Origin: an uncultured delta proteobacterium
GTDB lineage: Bacteria; Desulfobacterota; Binatia; UBA9968
Assembly: GCA_963840855.1 (NCBI GenBank)
Contig: CAWJBB010000079.1
Location: forward strand, 32,001 to 96,000
Length of the DNA stretch: 64,000 nt
Direction: 5' to 3'
Shown here: positions 59,806 to 64,000 of the stretch, in pieces
How the letters are laid out: every line of letters starts with the position of its first letter
Numbering within the stretch: position 1 is the stretch's first letter
Position numbers and translations under genes: made by a program
The notes under the pieces: generated by a model
The model's input: the letters and a program-made list of their open reading frames with translations, nothing else
The model's database searches: none
What the model was told of the DNA's origin: nothing

Positions 59806-60486
59806 ATGCTGGATCCCGTTGAATCGCTAAAAGAAAAAATAGTTTTGCTTTGTAAAGTGTTGCAGCACCAGGGCATCTTGGACGGCTATGGCCACGTCAC
59901 GGCCCGCTTGGCTGACGGACGAATTCTCAGCACGCCGCACATGCCGCCGGGCAAGGTCGCCATGCGTGACATCATCGTCATCGACGGGGAAGGACAAAAA
60001 CTGGAGGGTTTCGGCGAGCCCAACAGTGAAACGTCCATGCATACGTCGATTTACAAGGCCCGGCCCGACGTTCAATGCATCCTGCATTATCATCCGGACG
60101 AGCTTGTAGCCGTTGCCGCCGCCGGCCAAGGCATCAAGGTCATTGCCAATTGCGGCGTGGATTTTTATCGCGGCACGCCGATCTACGATTCTCCTCTATT
60201 GATCCGAACCGCGCAGTTGGGAGATCAAGTGGCTAAGATTCTCGGCGACCGCAACACGGTGCTATTGCGCGGCCATGGTGGAACCGTTGTGGCGAATGAC
60301 TTGGACACGCTGCTTCGCCTGGGAATCAATCTCGTGCGCTCGGCAAAAATCCAGATCATGGCGGCCACTTTGGGACCGCTAAAGACCCATACCCAGGAAG
60401 AGTGCGAGCAAATGGTCAAAGGCCATGACCGGCCTAACGCTAACCGACGCTACATCGATTACTACATCTCCGAAGTCGTCGACTAG
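59806..60486 (+). CDS. Class II aldolase/adducin family protein
   Basis: GYGHVTAR, E..MH..IYKARPDV..ILHYH and LLRGHG motifs; RBS AAGGAGG. Confidence 0.92.
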   Translation: MLDPVESLKEKIVLLCKVLQHQGILDGYGHVTARLADGRILSTPHMPPGKVAMRDIIVIDGEGQKLEGFGEPNSETSMHTSIYKARPDVQCILHYHPDELVAVAAAGQGIKVIANCGVDFYRGTPIYDSPLLIRTAQLGDQVAKILGDRNTVLLRGHGGTVVANDLDTLLRLGINLVRSAKIQIMAATLGPLKTHTQEECEQMVKGHDRPNANRRYIDYYISEVVD

Positions 60487-60490
60487 CTTA

Positions 60491-60652
60491 GCAGGCTGTT
60501 GAAAAAGACTCATATGCTTCGTTGCGCTCAACCGCCTCGCGAAAATCGTGATCGTGACTCGTGCTCGTGCTCGGCTCCGGACGAACACGAACAACGAACA
60601 CGAACCACGAAAACTGCGCGCCTCGCCTCTGAGATCTTTTTGAACCGCCTGC
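60491..60652. mobile_element. Family A element whose centre is replaced by family B hexamer repeats
   Basis: GCAGGCTGTTGAAAAAGACTCATATGCTTCGTTGCGCTC ... (TCGTGN)n/(NCACGA)n ... GATCTTTTTGAACCGCCTGC. Confidence 0.75.
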
Positions 60653-60710
60653 CGGATAGCTTTTCATCAATCCTGGACCGCTTGGGTAATTATCCTTCGC
60701 GAGCTAATTT

Positions 60711-62150
60711 ATGAACAGCGATCAAAATAGCCAGACCACAACACCCGATGCATTGAAAACAACAGCGGCCGCCGCCGATTTCATCCAGAACGTCACTTAC
60801 AACGCGATCCCGGCCGATGCTCTGCGCATCGGCACGCGCTGTTTGCTCGATGGCCTGGGACTCTTCGTCGCGGGATCGGAAGAACATTCGGCGCAGATTC
60901 TGGCGCAAGAGGCGGAAGCAATGGGCGGCAAGGCGGAGGCGCTTTTGTTGGGACGAGGCAATATAAAAGTTCCCGCGCCCAGCGCGGCGCGTGTGCTCGG
61001 CACCGCGGGCCACGCCCATGATTGGGACGATAGTCAGGTGAGCAGAGACCCGGCGCATGTCTATGGTTTGCTCACCCATCCGACGATTCCGCCGCTCACA
61101 AGCGCGCTGGTGATGGCGCAGACGCTCGGCGGCGTTGGCGGCAAGACGTTCATGCTCGCGTTTCTCACCGGCTTCGAAGTGGAGTGCAAGATCTCCGAAT
61201 GGATGTCACCGCAGCATTATTTGCGCGGCATGCATTCAAGCGCCACGGTGGGAACCTTCGGCGCCTATGGAGCGGCGGCAAAGCTGCTGGGGCTGAAAGG
61301 GGACAAGCTGCGCGGCGGTTTCGGCATTGCGGCAAGTTTTGCCGCCGGCATTCGCTGCAACTTCGGCACCATGACCAAACCGCTTCACGTCGGACGCGCG
61401 GCGGAAAACGGCGTCACGGCCGCGCTGCTCGCAGAGCGCGGTTTCACCGCCGACCCGGATGCCTTGGACGGACCCTGGGGTTTTTACGCGGTGCAAGGGG
61501 GCGGTGTCAGCAAGGAGAAAATTGCCCAAGGCTTCGGCAAAACCTGGACGATCATCGATCCGGGTGTTTCGATCAAACCTTATCCCTGCGGCGTGCTCAC
61601 GCATCCAACTATCGACTTGATGCTCAAGCTCGTCACGGACAATGACGTGAAACCGGAGGACATCGAAGGGGTCAAAGTTTACGCTGGCACGAATATTCTA
61701 AACCCGATTCGCTATCCGGTGGCGGCGAATCATTTGCAAGCGAAGTTCTCGCTGCCGGCGGCCCTCGCCATGATCGCCCTGGCGCGCAAAGCGGGCAAAC
61801 GGGAATTCTCCGACGAGTTTGTCGGCTCGGCTGCCATGCAGGCCATGCAGCGGAAAATAACCGCTGAATTCGACCCCGAGATCGAAAAGATGGGCTTCGA
61901 CAAGATGCGCTCGCGCATCGCCATTCGCATCAAAGTCGGGAGCACGGTCGAAGGCTGGGCCGACGAGCGCTACCGCGGCGGACCGGATAACCCGATGAGC
62001 GATGCCGAACTGGAAGCCAAGGCGCGCTCCTGTTGCGAAGGCGTGCTGGATGAGAAAGCGACCGCAAGTTTAATTCGCGCCGCCTGGGGTGTTTCTCACT
62101 CGTCAGACGCGAGCGAGCTGATGAAGCTCATCAACGGCGTGAAGATATAA
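60711..62150 (+). CDS. MmgE/PrpD family protein
   Basis: GHAHDWDD, LTHP, GMHSS, TKPLHVG, KPYPCG..TH and AKFS motifs. Confidence 0.93.
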   Translation: MNSDQNSQTTTPDALKTTAAAADFIQNVTYNAIPADALRIGTRCLLDGLGLFVAGSEEHSAQILAQEAEAMGGKAEALLLGRGNIKVPAPSAARVLGTAGHAHDWDDSQVSRDPAHVYGLLTHPTIPPLTSALVMAQTLGGVGGKTFMLAFLTGFEVECKISEWMSPQHYLRGMHSSATVGTFGAYGAAAKLLGLKGDKLRGGFGIAASFAAGIRCNFGTMTKPLHVGRAAENGVTAALLAERGFTADPDALDGPWGFYAVQGGGVSKEKIAQGFGKTWTIIDPGVSIKPYPCGVLTHPTIDLMLKLVTDNDVKPEDIEGVKVYAGTNILNPIRYPVAANHLQAKFSLPAALAMIALARKAGKREFSDEFVGSAAMQAMQRKITAEFDPEIEKMGFDKMRSRIAIRIKVGSTVEGWADERYRGGPDNPMSDAELEAKARSCCEGVLDEKATASLIRAAWGVSHSSDASELMKLINGVKI

Positions 62151-62153
62151 ATT

Positions 62154-62329
62154 AGTCTCGTGTCTCAGAAATTCGGGGGCTAACTCAATGCCTCCCAGTC
62201 GGCATTCCCGCGGAAGCGGGGGGAATCCATAACATCCTAAAACTCCTGGATTCCGGCTCGCGCTAGCTATCGCCAGCTTGGCCGGAATGACGTCTAAATA
62301 AGTCTGCCCGATTTAAGAGACACCACACT
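62154..62329. mobile_element. MITE-like element enclosing an inverted REP pair
   Basis: Imperfect TIRs AGTCTCGTGTCTCAGAAATTCGGG / CCCGATTTAAGAGACACCACACT around GCATTCCCGCGGAAGCGGG..AATCCA and TGGATTCCGGC..GCCGGAATGAC. Confidence 0.65.
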
Positions 62330-62460
62330 CGTACAGGGGTACAATAAACATACGCTTGGCAAGCGCTGCCGAAGTAAAGTAAATTCCCCCAGGAGGGCAT
62401 AATGAAAATTGCCGCTATTAAGTAATTCTCATCATAGTAGATTAATTTTTTGGAGGAATA

Positions 62461-63510
62461 ATGATCGACCGAAAACTCATCGCGCTGTCTGTTATCGCCT
62501 GCTCTCTCTACCTGCTCGGACTGCCGCCCCGCGCCACGGCTCAAGAGCCGTTCTACAAAGGCAAAACCATCCGCATTATCGTGGGCTTCACGCCCGGCGG
62601 TTTCTACGACCGCTGGGCCCGTCTGTATTCGCGCTACATGCCGAAATACATTCCCGGCAGCCCAGAATTCATCGTTCAGAATATGCCGGGCGCCGGTTCG
62701 CTTATAGCGGCGAATCACGTCTACAACGTAGCGAAGCCCGATGGCCTGAGCCTTGTCATGACCCACTACAATTTCTATATGGATCAGCTCGTGGAGCGCA
62801 AAGAAGTCCAGTTCGACGCGCGCAAGTTCGGCTGGATCGGTTCGCCGGTCAGCGAGACAGTTGTGATGTACATGCGCGCCGACGCACCGTACAAAACCAT
62901 TCACGATATGGTCAAGGCCAAGGAACCGGCCAAGTGCGGCTCCTCGGGAACGGCGAGCGGCGACTATATTTTATCGAAGCTTTTGGAAGAGGCCACCGGC
63001 GCGAAGATTCAAACCGTGCTGGGCTACCCTGGAGGCAGCGAGATTGACATGGCCGTCGAGAAAGGCGAAGTGGTCTGCCGCGCCCATAATATCTCCGCCC
63101 ATTTCGGCCGTGAACCCTTCGATACCTGGCACAAGAAGAATTTCGACCGGCACATCGTGCAAACAGGCAGCAAGCGCGACCCGCGAATGACTGACGTTCC
63201 CACCGTTAACGAACTCTTTGAACAGTATAAGACGCCCGACGTCACCCGCCGTGTCGCTCAAGTTCTACTGGCGGGTGGCGAGTTCGGCAGGCCGATACTT
63301 GTGACTCCAGGCACCCCACCGGACCGCATAAAGATCCTGCGCGCGGCCTACGCCAAGGCGCTGAAGGATCCGGAGCTCTTGCAGGAAGCGGAAAAAGGCA
63401 AGATGGACGTCGACCCATCGACTGGCGAGGAGCTGGAAGCCCTCATTAACAAGGTCATGAACCAGCCTAAAGAAGTGTTGGCGCGAGTGAAAAAGATGTT
63501 GGACGGCTGA
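62461..63510 (+). CDS. TctC/Bug family substrate-binding protein
   Basis: FYKGKTIRIIVG..PGG..D, NMPGAG, KPDGL, GYPGG and PGTPPDR motifs. Confidence 0.92.
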   Translation: MIDRKLIALSVIACSLYLLGLPPRATAQEPFYKGKTIRIIVGFTPGGFYDRWARLYSRYMPKYIPGSPEFIVQNMPGAGSLIAANHVYNVAKPDGLSLVMTHYNFYMDQLVERKEVQFDARKFGWIGSPVSETVVMYMRADAPYKTIHDMVKAKEPAKCGSSGTASGDYILSKLLEEATGAKIQTVLGYPGGSEIDMAVEKGEVVCRAHNISAHFGREPFDTWHKKNFDRHIVQTGSKRDPRMTDVPTVNELFEQYKTPDVTRRVAQVLLAGGEFGRPILVTPGTPPDRIKILRAAYAKALKDPELLQEAEKGKMDVDPSTGEELEALINKVMNQPKEVLARVKKMLDG

Positions 63511-63559
63511 GGGCCAAGCCGGGGGTTTGAATTCATCTTCAGGCACCGCGTAACAGCTC

Positions 63560-64000
63560 ATGACGCAAAAAATCCATCGCCGGCAATTCAATAAAATTCT
63601 CATCACGGCGGGCGCCGCGACGGCACTGGCACCGTTCAATATCGTCCGGGCGCAAACCGGGAAGCTCAAAGTCGGCGTTTTGCTTCCGAAGTCAGGTTTT
63701 CAGGGACTCATCGGCCAGTCGTGCCAGCAGGGCGCGGACCTGGCGCCCGCCGTGATCAAAGACCTGCTCGGCGTGAATATTGAGTTGATGAACGCCGACA
63801 CGGAATCCAACGTCGATACCGCGCGCACCCGCGCCGAGCGGCTGATACAAGAGGGGGCGCACTGCCTGGTCGGCCCGTTCGACTCCGGCGCCGCTGCGGC
63901 CATCGCCCAGGTCGCCGAGCAGCGCGGCGTTCCCTTTGTAATCAACATCGCCGCCGCGCCGCAAATCACCGAGCAGGGCTATAAATTCGTCTTTCGCAAT
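63560..64000 (+). CDS. Branched-chain amino acid ABC substrate-binding protein with Tat signal (partial, runs off the window)
   Basis: MTQKIHRRQF..AP..VRAQ; KVGVLLPKSG; open frame to the window end. Confidence 0.85.
   Translation, partial: MTQKIHRRQFNKILITAGAATALAPFNIVRAQTGKLKVGVLLPKSGFQGLIGQSCQQGADLAPAVIKDLLGVNIELMNADTESNVDTARTRAERLIQEGAHCLVGPFDSGAAAAIAQVAEQRGVPFVINIAAAPQITEQGYKFVFRN

Noticed and set aside
1-64000. tRNA, rRNA, prophage, integrase, reverse transcriptase or intact transposase
   Set aside because: No diagnostic motifs found in the ORF track or in intergenic DNA

Overview
A GC-rich, gene-dense bacterial chromosomal region. Its content resembles Candidatus Binatia/Binatota-like deltaproteobacterial genomes (inference from gene content and repeat style only). 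It carries many ABC, NitT/TauT and TctC substrate-binding proteins, five amidohydrolases, two LLM oxidoreductases, two VOC proteins, two class II aldolases, a GMC oxidoreductase, a CoA transferase, an MmgE/PrpD protein, a P2A-type ATPase and a deoxyhypusine-synthase-like protein. No rRNA, tRNA, CRISPR array or intact transposase was seen. Accessory parts are a toxin-antitoxin/nuclease patch (~9.1-11.2 kb), a ParDE-like pair (~19 kb) and a decayed, more AT-rich block (~44.7-49 kb). Intergenic DNA holds several short repeat families that share a GAGCGNA(G/A)CG core. Several genes contain 1-2 bp indels, which may be assembly errors or decay. The best candidates for something new are: (1) a leaderless, signal-peptide-bearing leader ORF ending in NVYRI-stop, followed by alternative terminator/antiterminator hairpins, upstream of a P-type ATPase operon; (2) a DHS-like enzyme fused to a miniature degenerate copy of its own fold; (3) enzyme homologues whose catalytic residues are replaced. 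All family assignments are from motif reading, not database searches.
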